From: Podarcis melisellensis
Taxonomy: Eukaryota
DNA length: 64,000 nt
Reading direction: 5' to 3' (one strand)
Assembly: GCA_964234715.1 (NCBI GenBank)
Contig: OZ174291.1
Every line of letters starts with the position of its first letter. Within the stretch, counting starts at the first letter, position 1. The position numbers and the translations under genes were made by a program. Of the stretch, positions 24,708 through 37,059 are shown in pieces. A model generated the notes under the pieces. It was not told where the DNA came from. It searched no databases and was given only the letters and a program-made list of their open reading frames with translations.

Positions 24708-25885
24708 GACTAGATGATCCGCTGGGTCCCTTCCAGCTCTACAGTTCTATGATTCATTAGGCACCAAATGTGAGATGTTTTAGATGCCAGTTTGTTTGTT
24801 TTTTTAACTTACTGCTTCATTAAAAAAGAAGAAAAAACCAACCAACTTTTAGTAGCTCACTTATTATTTGATCTGCCACTGTTATCTATTTGATTGTTTT
24901 CATTCTACTTTACTCTTTACCACATATTTTGCAATCCTGTAATGGAAGATGGGGCAAAAAGGATACTTTAAAATAGTTAGCTAGCGACTGTGTGTGCAAG
25001 AGAAGGTGCACCTCCCTTAACCAGGATGCTGCTGGCATGTACCAACCCACCACCACCGCCTCCTCTTGGAAAGTCCTAATTGTTCCTTGCAACCCAGTCA
25101 GGTGCTTCCACCACCACCCCTCCCAGCATGCTCTGCCGCCTGCTTCTGAGTATACCTGGCGCGAAGACACCAGGGTTGCACCTGCCAGGGAGCCGGTTGG
25201 ACTGGCACCGGAGCTGCCTTCCTACACGACATTCCCAGACAAGAGTTGCCCGAGGAGTCGCTGAGGTTCAAAACCCCTGAAGGAGGGGCAGAGAAAGTGC
25301 CCTGCCTATGAGAAGAATGTCCTCTCCTTTTGCAAAGCAAACCTCCTGCCCTTAAACAGGCTGCTGCTTGGGCGGGTGGAGTTTGAGGGGAGAAAATGAC
25401 AGCGCAGGCCTTGAGGATGGGAAGAGGAGCGGAGGTTGGGACATGAAAGGGAGGCTCTTAAGTCACCCACTGATGCCATTTAAGAACTCTGCTTTTCATC
25501 TCGCGCCCCTTCTATTTCTCCCTTCCCCAAGGGTCATTTGTGGATGCAATGCACTGCTGATTTCTTTCTGATTAGATCAGGATTATGCCTTTCATGGACT
25601 AAAATGCATTCATTGGTCTTCTACTGATGTTGAAATCTTTCCAAACACGATTGGTGCCAAGGGATGGGGAACCCACTGGGCCCTACGGAGGTTACTTACT
25701 GGACTACAACTCCCTGACCACTGGCCAAAGTGCTGACAGCTGGGGCTGATGGGAATTGGGAGTCCCAACACCTTCTCATCTCTCCTGTAGCCTCTCAGGT
25801 ATCGTTAGGTCACCGTCCTCTCACCCGCTGCAGCAAACTAAGCATTTCACTTCCACTATACTCAGTGCCACCACTATCCTTTCAG

Positions 25886-26075
25886 AGTGGTGTAGTGGTT
25901 AGAGCGCCGGACTAGGACCTGGGAGAGAGCAAGGTTCAAATCCCTACTCAGCCATGAAGCTCACTGGTTGACCTTGGGCCAGTCACAGTCTCTTAGCCTA
26001 ACCCAGCTCACAGGGTTGTTGTGAGGATAAAATGGGGAAGAAGAGAACCATGTACACCACCGTGAGCTCCTTGGA
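25886..26075 (+). mobile_element. CORE/MIR-like squamate SINE (related copies near 24003, 33130, 34040, 37100, 38740, 11400)
   Basis: tggtgtagtggttagag...ggttcaaatcc...tgaccttgggccagtcac...gggttgttgtgagg. Confidence 0.75.
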
Positions 26076-27439
26076 GGGTCTAGTGCTGGCAGCAGACTCC
26101 CCAAGTCCTTTCTAGCCATACCTGGAGATTCAGGGAACTGAACCAGGGCCTATTTGCTTAGAAAGCAGGTGCTCTACCACTGAGCTGTGGCCCTTCAAAA
26201 CCTTGGTAAACCTGCTCAGTTCCCATAATCCCTCAGATCTCCAGCATCTTCTAGCATGCTTCAGTGTCTCTCTGCTAATACTACCCAGGGAATTCAGCAG
26301 CCATAACAGAAGCACCTGCCAAGCTGCCAAGCAGAGACAGTCTAGCTGCCAGGCTGCTTGGAAACCGGAAAAACTGCCTCACTTAGGCTGTGAATGAGCC
26401 GTTTTCCTTTTGGCTGCGAGGGAGGCGAAGCATGGAATTCTGGGAACAGGTGCTTGGCTCTCTATTCAGGGGTGGGTGGGGGCTGGGGTTGGCCTAGCCT
26501 GGAGAGGTTTAAGGAGACGTGGCAGAGGCATGGGAACCAGTCATCACTAGGCTTTATCCCAACAGTCTGGCGAGATTTGTTCCCATACAGCAAGCCATTC
26601 AAAGGGTCCCCTATTAATTCAACAAAATAATACATTTCTCTGAGGACGGTGCAGCACAAATAATTTGCCACACCTGTGGGCATGCACAGTCACAACCACT
26701 GGGTGATGTCATTGTAGTTCACCACTTTGTGTGTGTGCATTGTAGACACATGGTTTAAGGTCTTCGTCAGTAATGGGTGTCTTGAGCAAAGCATTTCCAT
26801 GAGTCGGCATTTAGGAAATGAAAGTTTTTGCGGGCTATGAATCTGTATAATACACCTGAACTGAGTTTTCCAATAATTAACTGTATTTGAGGAAACGCCA
26901 AGGCATTCTGCAAAATTATTTATCCAGTTTGTTTGATGCATACCAGCACAGCTGGAGGCTGCTATATTCATTTCTATTAAAGCATAAATCTTCTCTCAGC
27001 TAGATTTGTACACACAAACACAAAATTATAGTTGAGGCCTCAGAATAGGAGGAGCCTCTAAGTACAAAATGATGACCCCATGTCAAGTTTTACACAATTA
27101 AAAAAATAATGGGGAAAACAGACTCAAAAACAGACGTTCTCATACTGGTAGGAATAATAATGGTGACAATAATTTTTCATATTGTGTTGATGAATAACTA
27201 ATTTATATCAACATTTCATTAGGCTGGGTGCCCATAAGATGTCAGACAGCATCAGTAGCAAGTGAGGTGTATTTTAGGAAAAGTACAGACCACACTAGCC
27301 TTCTTGCAAGATAAGATAGTTAGGCCCCATTCACACTATACCTTTAAAGCATTGTGATACCACTTTAAACAGCCATGGCTTCTGGGAGTTAGTTTGTTAA
27401 GGGTGCTGAGAGTTGTTAAGAAAAACCCTTTTCCATCCC

Positions 27440-27830
27440 CTCCCATCCTTCCACAGTGGGGACATAAGTTTCCGGACAGGATTTGCTCATGGTGAGAGTT
27501 TGCCAAACGTGCCTTCTTAGCATGTTTCTCCCTTTCGTCTTGAGCGTCTTCAAAGCCCATGGAACCTTTGGTAAAGGCTATTCTCCAACTGGAGCGCTCG
27601 CAGGCCTGTGTTTCCCAATTGTCAGTGTTTATACTACATTTTCTTTTCAGATTTGCCTTGAGGGAGTCTTTAAACCTCTTTTGTTGACCACCAAGCATTA
27701 CTTTCCATTTTTAAGTTTGGAATAGAGTTGTTGCTTTGGAAGATGAAAATCAGGCATCCAAACAACATGATAATACCAGCAAAATGGCTGCTGTGAGAAT
27801 GAGGAGCATCAACACTTTGCATTCTTACTG
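27440..27830 (-). mobile_element. RTE-clade LINE ORF C-terminal fragment
   Basis: GGQQKRFKDSLKANLK...WETQACERSSWR...CPHCGR is typical of RTE ORF ends. Confidence 0.8.
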
Positions 27831-28376
27831 CCAACTCACACAAAAAATCACTGTCAGTGAAGGACAGGCAATCCCCTGGGGAGATGACACATTTTCAAGC
27901 CTATTGTTCTAGCGTAAAATGTGCTTGCAAAAGTGTTGATATTCTCCTGGTTAAGTCATTAAATTTCATGAATGTTTCATGAAGAAGCCTTTCCTTAAAA
28001 TAAAATAAAAAACCAACCCTAATTTTATTTTTTAACCAATACTGAATTTATTGCCTATCATCTTTCCTAGGAGGAAGCCAGCAAATAGATGAGTGGATAG
28101 AAAGTTTAGGAAACGAAGGGGAGGGACAAATGTAAAGTATTGGATTTGGCATGTTACTGCTTTGTACTACTGCTTAATTTTTGTTCTTTGAAAATATATC
28201 AATAAGCCCTTGAGAGGCACCATCTTTAAAAAGAACCCTGCCAAATAATTTTTTTTAAATGAATACATTGACACTTAATTTTTCTTACTACAAATTTGAG
28301 GTTTTGGTGCACTGTGTTGCTCCAGTTCTAGGAAGCTGGCCCCCAGCCCCATGATGCTACTGCTCTGACCACTCAC

Positions 28377-28528
28377 CAATTGCTCCCCTGAGAGCACCTC
28401 CAGCAGGCGCAGCAACATCCGCCCATCTCTCAAGTCGCTGTACAAATCACTGATCCGGCACGTGACCCGAGCCAGGTGAGAGTTGACCCATTTGGTGAAG
28501 GTTTTCTTCTGCACGGCCTCTCGCTCAT
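28377..28528 (-). CDS. SPTBN2: coding exon 2 ([19 protein letters not shown]...SGEQL), CH1
   Basis: ttgcag|AT acceptor, TTG|GTGAGT donor, 152 nt; actinin-type ABD motif QKKTFTKW. Confidence 0.97.
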
Positions 28529-31500
28529 CTGCAAAGATAAAGACAAAGATGCTCAGAGTAGGAGAGACTTCACTGCAGCCTTCATGAGAACCAGCTGCCT
28601 CAGGGCTCCTCACAACAGGCTGCTTCCAGAGTCTTCCTTCTCTACAATACAAACCCCTTCCCAGTAAGGAAGCTCATAACTTCTGTGGCCCTCTCAAAAT
28701 CTGCCTTTTGCCTGCAAGCCCCCAGCAGCCATTGGCTGAGCTGCTTCTGATGTCACAGAACGTCTGCAAAACATTCCATCGGCCCAAGAGGAAACTCACA
28801 GCAGCAGAATATGGAAAAATAGAACCAAGAGAGCATCTTGAATGGAAGACCCAACAACCCGGGATACATGGTGGAGGATCAGTGGAATGCATGTTGCTAT
28901 TTTAAATGACAATGTTGGGCTGAAACTCCCCACAGATGTACCTAATTCTATTTGCAGGAGGGGACTGTAGCCTTTACATGCTGAAGGTCCCCGTTTCAAT
29001 CCCCGACACCTCCAATTAAAACAGTTGGGTTGGAGGTGAAATACCTTTCTCAGCCTGAGACCTTGGACAGATACTGCCAGTCAGAGTAGACAATACTGGT
29101 AAAAAAAAGTCAGCTCTGGCAAGTGGCAGTTTCCTATGTGCTCTGTTGGCTAATATCAGGGATGCAGACCTTGTGGCCCTTCAGATGAAGTAAACCATGG
29201 AGTTCAATGCAGCTTAGACTCAGATAATGTGTAATCAGAAAGACCAATAAATCCCTTAATCCCCAAGCTCTGTAAGTGGTGCACGTAACTATTGATCAAA
29301 ACAAAGCTGAAATGTGCAAAACAGTTTTAAAAAAACAATTATACATGAAATGAGTATCAATAAAAACACGGATAAAATCAGTAAAGCTTTTAAGAACAAA
29401 TATAGATAATGAAACTGTATGTCTAGGTAGGCCTGCAAGAATAAAAGAATAAAAGTATGACAGCAATGGGGAACCTGTAGCCCTCCAGATGTTGAACTAC
29501 AACTCCAATCAGCCCCCACCAACGCAGGGTAATAGGAGCGATAGTACAGCAACATTTGGAGGACTGCAGGTTCCCTACCCTTGGGTTAAGTTTACCTGAT
29601 TGAAGCTTTTGACATCATTTTGCACTATGCAAGGAAGAAGATCAATCCATCAACTTGTATTTATTTCTGTTTGTGTATAGGCACCCTGTGATGGTCAAAT
29701 CCTAGTAGCATGCACATCAAGCTGTGTCCTCCATTTTTAAAAAGGAGATTCCCTGCTCACAGTTGACCTCCCTTGGGCTCTGTTTGCACTGAACTGCTCC
29801 TGGTGTCATAGCAGTTTCTCTAGAGCAAGCTCCCAGGCCACGCAGTGTGGTTCACATTTAAATAAAAGTAGGCAGGGGGCAATCAAATGTTCCCTTCCCT
29901 TCCCTCCCACTTCTTGACATCCCTGGGGATATGGGCATTTCAGAAAGAACAACACACTTGAGTCCACTCACTTGGTCCCTGTATTTGGATACTTACAGCA
30001 GTGACAGAATATCTGCTTTACATTCAACCTGTGGCTAAGGATTGGGCCCAGGAGGGGGAGCATAGAAATGGAAAGCAGTGGTGGCGGCAAGGAGGAGAGG
30101 GCCCACTAAAGGAGCCCTTCAAGCCACCCCACCCCCCAATAAACCTGGAGCTGGCACTGGTAATTTCCATACTGTTTGCAGACTATCTGAACAAGGACTT
30201 AGTGTGACCCAGAACAAGAGATAAAAGTCCTGCAAGGATTTATTCTGCTGAACCAACCACATGTGACCATCGCTGTGTATATTTTAAAAATGCCCTGTAT
30301 CTGCACGATAGCACAGAATGAACCTACATTATGGAAAGTTTTCTGTAGAAAGAAAATGGGGGTGGGGGGGATGGGGGTGGCCTGAGAGAAGCTGCCTTTT
30401 CCAGAGCAGGGATGGAGAACCTGGTACCTTCTCGACGTTGTTGGGTTATAATTCCCATCAGCCTCATCCAGCATGGTCAACAGACAGGGATGATGGGAGC
30501 TGTAGTCCAGCAACATCCTGGAGGGTGTGAGGTTACCCATCCCTGCTCTGGAGGAAAGCCCCAACATTGTAGAAAGCAGGTGATAAAAAAATACAAGAGC
30601 CAAGCTATCAATAACGCACAACTCGTAAGAACCAGTTCCTAAATGGATTTAAAAGCTTAATTTCATTCTCTGAATTAAAAATAATCACTTTTTGGGGGGA
30701 GAAACATGGCATTGAGGACATATTTTTTAAAGAAAAGGAATGACACACAAACATGCACACAATGATAATTTAAGAAAAGGTTTTGAACTGCAATTCTATG
30801 CACATTATCTGGATGCAAGTTGTGCTGGAAATAGAGCTTACATCTGAGTAGGCATTTATAACATTGCACTATGAAAAACAAAGTACAACCGCAGGCTTTT
30901 CCATTGGTTAAACCAGCAGGTTAGCTATAAAAGCTTTTCTTGATTAATGGAGGGGGCAGTTTAATTGCTACATGAATTTTAATCTGTGTGTCTGGAGAAG
31001 GGTACACTTTTTGAAGCTATTTTGGTTCTGGTACATCACAAGCCAAAGAAAAAAAGGGGGGGTTAATTGTGGTATTTCCTTCTAGCAGAGGCCATGTACA
31101 CATTTCTGTTGATTGTGAACTCGCAGCATTTCCAGTGCTGGGTTTTTAATCTGGGTTCACATGATGTTATCCAAAATGCATATGTATCTTGTACAGTACT
31201 ATAAGATACTACTGTTTGAGGAGATGTTTCTAAAACCTGCTTCACACACAGTCTGTAAACTGTTCTGTCTCTAGCCAAGGTGTGAACACCTTTGCATAAG
31301 GTAAATAAATCCTCACTCCCTGATGTGTACACAAACAGAAAAGGAATTGAGGCCAGTCTGAGCTGATGTGAACAGCTGGGGAAGGAAGAACTATGAAATG
31401 TGGGGGGGGGGGGGAATGTGTCTCTCACACACAACTTCTTCACTATGCTCTATGGCAGTAATGTGAACATATTCATAGTGTGGCCATTTAGTTTGATAAA

Positions 31501-32060
31501 CCAAGTAACTTCTTGCACAGTTCCTTCAATATCTCCATAAGGAATCTGTTGATGATTTTGTAATACACAGGTTTACTTTATCTGCCTTTTAAGCAATTCA
31601 TTGATTATCAGATCAACTAGAAAAACAAGTTAATTGGTTGGCAGCCCACGTTGCTAACATCTCTTGGCCTGCAATCTTAGCATTCCCAGTAATCGTTAAC
31701 TAACTTATCTGGAAGGGCTTTGGTGCTAACTTTTAGGAGCCACTAAAGGATATATTCTTCAAGTCTTTATACACCAGACAATCCCCCTCCCCAACCCCCT
31801 ACTTCTTTTGAGCAAGCTAGGCCTCGTTCTGCTGTTCTACTTTGTTTTGCTGTTCAGAACTGGTTCAAATCTTGCTCCTTGCCTTAAGCTAAGAAGGGAA
31901 CCTTAGGTAATGTACTCTTTCTCAGCCTCTTCTCTCCCCAACCCTCAATAATATCAATTTACTTTGCTGAAGCCCTACAGATATTTTGGGCTAAACCTCC
32001 CATCATGTTTGCCCTGCTACCAAAAAACACAAGCAGCTCCTGCCTGTTTCTACTCCACCC

Positions 32061-32091
<31 letters not shown>

Positions 32092-35000
32092 ACACACACA
32101 CACACAAAATATTTGTAGAAGTTCACAAGCAATTATACTAGTACACAGGAGAGAGATAGTTAGGAAGAGAAATTAAGTGGTAGCCCGGACACCTGGGTCC
32201 TCTATAGTATTCTCATTTTTCACAATAATAATACCAACTAAATGTACTACCAGTGTTTTGTCAGAAGGTCCCATGGCAGGTTACAGTGATTTAAAGTTTA
32301 AGAATAAAAACAGTTAAAGCAAATAGCATTCACGTGAATGGAAGAGGAAGGGCCTCTGAAAAACACACATCTTGGGTGTCAAATGGCAGGGTAAAGAGAT
32401 GTCTTCTGCATTTCTTGAAAGCTGCATAGGGGATAAGCCAGAGATACCTCTGCAGGGAGAGAGTTCCACAGCTTAGGGGCTACCACAGAGAAGGCCCTGT
32501 CCCGGGCCATGCCCTAATCCAGGCACCCCCAAATTCAGCCCTCCAGCTGTTTTGGGACTACAGTTCCCATCATCCTTGACTACTGATCCCGTTAGCTAGG
32601 GATGATGGGAGTTGTAGTCCCAAAACAGCTGGGGGGGTCGAGTTTGGGGATGCCTACCCTAAACTTATGTGGGAAAAGGAACTACCAAGAGGGCCCCTTC
32701 TGTTGATCTTGACACCTGGGAGGGTGTGTAAGGAGAGGTGCTCTTTCAGGTATTTGGGGCCTAAGTCATTTGGGGCTTTAAACACTAATGTGAGCCCCTT
32801 GAAGTAGCAGCTGATGCAGACCTGTAAAGTTCAAGTGCAAGAGGGCTGTAGCAACTAGAAAAGGAGGTGCATTTTTAACCCTATAAAAAGGAGAAAGAGC
32901 TTTTGCTTCTGCCTGCACATCACCTTTCTGGACCGTACGCCTTGGACATAGAGACGCCAGCAGTGCTGCTTCCAGCTCCTCTTGCCCGTCCACCTTGTTT
33001 GCATGCAATGCAAAGCAACCCCAGCAAGTGTTTGGCTCCAGGGTAAGAAAAGCGAAGCCGAAAGGAAAGGACACTGGCAGGCCTCAGTCACTCCACCCCT
33101 CCTTGGCCTATCCTTTATTTTAGAGGGTAATTTATTTATTACATTTACATCTCTCCTTTGCTCCAAAGAGCTCAGGGTGGCACACACGGCTCTCCATCTC
33201 CCCACTGTATACTCACAACAACTCTGTGAGGTAGGTTAGACTGAGTGATAGTGAGCTTCATGGCTGAGGGTCTCAGTCCTACACTCTAACCACTATACCA
33301 CACTGCCACTGGTACATTCTCTCCAGCGCTCTTCTCTCACATCCTCAAGGGCCAAAACCTCCTGGCCACTGCAGAAGGAAGTACCCTGAGTCCTGGCTCA
33401 GATTAGGGCCACACCAGCCTTTGCCAACCAGGTGCACTTTTGGCCAAGATGCGCCTTGGCCAAAAAGTCCTATCAATCCCATTCAGCACAGGATGATGGG
33501 AGCTGTAGTCCCATGGCCTGCACAGTCGTCCTGCATTTGGGGTTTGTTGCTGTTGTGGGCATGTGCTGTTGGGTTGTTGTTTTTAACGATCTTCTCTGCA
33601 GCTGGCATTTGCCCTGCAGCCCAGGCAGGTGCTGCTCCTGTGCTTCGACCCAACAGACATTATGCATGCATGCACGGTGCATGCAGAGGCAACGGAGGGC
33701 TCAGCCTGCCCTTCTGCCTGAGTCACCGGGACGTGTCAGAGCAGGGCTTGTTTGCTAACCCTGAGCCGAACAGCATTTCAATAAGCCTCAGCTGTCTGCA
33801 AGCTGCTGCACACTCCCCCAATCACCCCCCTCACCCTAGAGACTGATAAAGGACCCCCTCCAGCTGTTAAGACAGAAGTATATTTTGTGATCTAAGCATC
33901 CTGGACAATGATCCTTGTCTCTCCCCAGTGAAAAAAGGTGGGGAGCGGACGTAGGAACATTCCTTACAGAAGTCAGATCACTGGTCCATCTGGCTCTGTG
34001 ATTTCTACACTGACTAGGAGTAGCAGTCAAGAATGAGAGCCAGTGAGATGTGTGGGTTAGAGCACTGGGAGACCAGGGTCACATTCCCACTCGGCCAGGA
34101 AGCTCACTGGCTGACCTTGGGCCAGTCACTTGCTCCCAGCCTACTGCACAGGATTGTTGTGGAGATTGACTGAGGAGGGGAGAAAATCACACATGCCACC
34201 TTGAGCTCCTTGGACAAAAAGGAGGGATATAAGTGCAACAAATAAATAAATTCCAGGCTGTGATCTCCCTCAGCCTAACCTGCAGATGCTGGGGACTGCA
34301 CCTGGAACATTGAGCAGGCAAAGCTATGACCTTTCCCCAAAACGAAACAAATGCAAGACTCCAGTCGTCAAAGTTCAGGAAAATGGCCAATTTAAACAGG
34401 AACATTAGAAGCTGCCTTTTAATGAGTCAGACCAGTAGTTCATCTAGTTTTGTATTTGACAGCAACTCCCCAGGATCGCAGGCAGGGAGCCTCTCCCAGC
34501 CCTACTTGAAGATGCTGGGGACTGAACCAGAGACCTTCGGCATCCCCTTAATCTAAAACATCTTTCCACCAGCAATTCAGTCACTAGATGCTACAGCAAT
34601 CCTTGACACCAGTTCTGTCCCCCATTTCCAATCAGGCAACACTATTGCAGGCTCTAATAAAACTAGCCATATACCGTCAGCGACTTGTACACCAGGTCAT
34701 CCTCCAGCATGATATAAGCCACCACTTCAATATGGGCCCATATTAGACACTGAAAACGGCAACATTCAGAAACCAGTGGGAGACAACTTCCCTCTCCCAG
34801 GATACTCTGCTGATGACCTCAGTCAGCCACCAGGCTTCAGCATAAAAGACTTCCAAAGGGAGGCTGCGAGGGGAAAGTGCTGAATGAGAATTGATCAGCA
34901 AATCTGATTCTATTCAATCTGGGCTTAATCAGAACTCCGGTTTTCTTTCCTACCGCAGGTGTTGAATTAGCACAGTATATAGCTGGTAACGTGGTATTAC

Positions 35001-36067
35001 TGTCAGTAACCGCTGCTGCAAAAAGGACCCTTAAGTTTGTCTAATTTTGCGACAAAGTTCACAAGAGCACATCTTTGTACTCTGCGATAACAAAGCAGTG
35101 AGTGAAAATAACACTGACCTGTTTTGCTCACATAGAATGAAGGAGGGTGGATGACATTTCAGGGGAATCCAACACCAAAAAAAGAGTTTGGGCCCAGATC
35201 ATACGGTGGTAGTGGATGCTGCCCCAGAAATTTGGGGGTGAAACCTTGGCAAGGTAAATAGGCTGAGGGTGACAGGGGGATGGGACGACTGCACAATGTG
35301 GGACAACAGCCCTATTCGGTGGGCTATAACTTTTTCAGTTATGTGGACTACTCTCCCCGGAGACACACAGCTGGCACTTACTTTGCTTGCTTTTTTGGTG
35401 TCGAAAGGAGGTCATTTTATGGCTCCCCCAAGGAGGATTTATTGCTGTTTTTACTGCAGTTTCATTTTTAGGAGATTTTTTAAAATTACAATTTAATGCA
35501 ACGTAAGTTTTTGAATTATTCTGTTTTTTTTATTATGGGTAGCTGACTTGGTACCTTTGACTGAAAGCAGGGTGCAAAGCTTTTAAAAATAAGTACAGTA
35601 AATGAAAGAAATTGTGACTGTCTGTGTTGAGGGGGAGGGAGAGTTGGGGTCAAGGTGAGCATTCCTAGAACAGTACTTCCCACCAAAGAGGGGCAGGGTG
35701 TAAAACAGAGAAGTCTTTGGAGTCACAGAGGCTGTATCTGTCAGTGCCTGTCAAGGCTCCTCTCTCTCTTGACAAGGTCTCCTGCCCTCCAGGAAAATGG
35801 GGAAGAAGGGTAGCTTTGGCAGGGGGCAGCTGGGCACAGCCCCAAAGAATCTCAACCACGTCGCTGTGTTTGCCCCATGCAAATCCAGCGTGCGTTCAGC
35901 TAATTCCTGGCATCACTGTGCGGATTAGGGTCCCTGCCGCCACCGCTTAAGTCAGGCCAGAGAGATCTTGCAGGTTGGGGTGGTGGGGGGAAGACTCCTG
36001 GCTGAGAGCTTGCCCCCCCAAATCTCTACTGATCACCCCCCTCCCCGCAATTCTCCAGAGTGCCTAC

Positions 36068-36200
36068 CTTGAAGTTGCTTGAACCTGCCCTCCAACACGT
36101 TGGCATACTGGACTGCGTTGATAAATGCGGCCGGGGAGAGCTCAGGAGGGGGAGAAGGACCCTGGATCACCTCCAGCAGTTCTGGATCAGGTTCATACAT
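36068..36200 (-). CDS. SPTBN2: alternative first coding exon (MYEPDPELLEVIQGPSPPPELSPAAFINAVQYANVLEGRFKQLQ), 133 nt, ends phase 1
   Basis: ATG with A at -3; donor CAAG|GTAGGC in phase 1, same phase as the canonical exon; LSPA...Y-N-LEGRFKQLQ matches the known alternative N-terminus of short beta-II spectrin. Confidence 0.88.
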
Positions 36201-36896
36201 CCTTGCGGCTGGGGTACCTCCACTTGGACCACCACAGCAGCCCCCTGCCCACCCACCCACCCCGGAAAAAAACCAACCGCAGTTGGGCCCAGGTAGCAGG
36301 AAGGGAAGCTCCAGCACCTTGGTGTGAGTTGAGCGTTTCAAGAGAGTTTTGCTGCCCCCTTCCAGGCGAGGGCGGCAACCCTGGGAAATTTACATAAAAA
36401 CAGGTTGGGTTGCTCTGAATGGTGTGTGTGTGTGTGTGTGTGTAGAGTACACTCACTGAGCCCAGGCAGACATGGAAAGGGGAGGGGAATGGGTTGGGCA
36501 GTCTGCCCACACACACACAATTCGATAGTCTGAAAAACTAGCAAATCTCAGCATTGGGGGTTAGCCAAAGCTCTTATTGAATAGGGCTCAGGGCTCTACC
36601 CTCAGCTCCAGACCAGGATGGGTGAAAGGGGACTGGGGCTCAGGACTACTGGATCCTTTCTCTCTTCCCCCTCCTCACCTTTCTAAGAGGGGACTAATGA
36701 TTCTGGAGCTTGCTGAGGTAAGTTTATAAAAAAGATAAGACAGGGTTGTATCCAACTAAAGTTGACTCCGAACCAAATTTAGCCATGCCTGTTCATGTCA
36801 ATGGGTCTACTAAGAGTATGAATAACATTGGAAACAGCCCATAGTGGGGGGCTGAGGTCTCTTCTTCTCTTGCTTGACTTATCCTTGACCTCCAGC

Positions 36897-37059
36897 CAGT
36901 GGCGTAGCGTGGGTTGTCAGCATCCGGGGCAAGGCAAGTAATTTGCACCCCCTAACCCGTAGATTTGCGCCCCCTGACCCGTGGATTTGCGCCCCCTAAC
37001 CCCCAGATGTTGCGCCTGGTGCGGCCGGCCCCCCCTGCACCCCCCACGCTACGCTACTG
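36897..37059. mobile_element. hAT-type MITE with CAGTGGCGTAGCGTGGG TIRs and 3 internal ~23-bp repeats
   Basis: perfect 8-bp TSD cctccagc (36889, 37060). Confidence 0.88.

Noticed and set aside
32924-33074. Possible third first exon (DGQEELEAALLASLCPRRTVQK with phase-1 AAG|GTGATG)
   Set aside because: No in-frame ATG, weak donor, no similarity to spectrin N-termini
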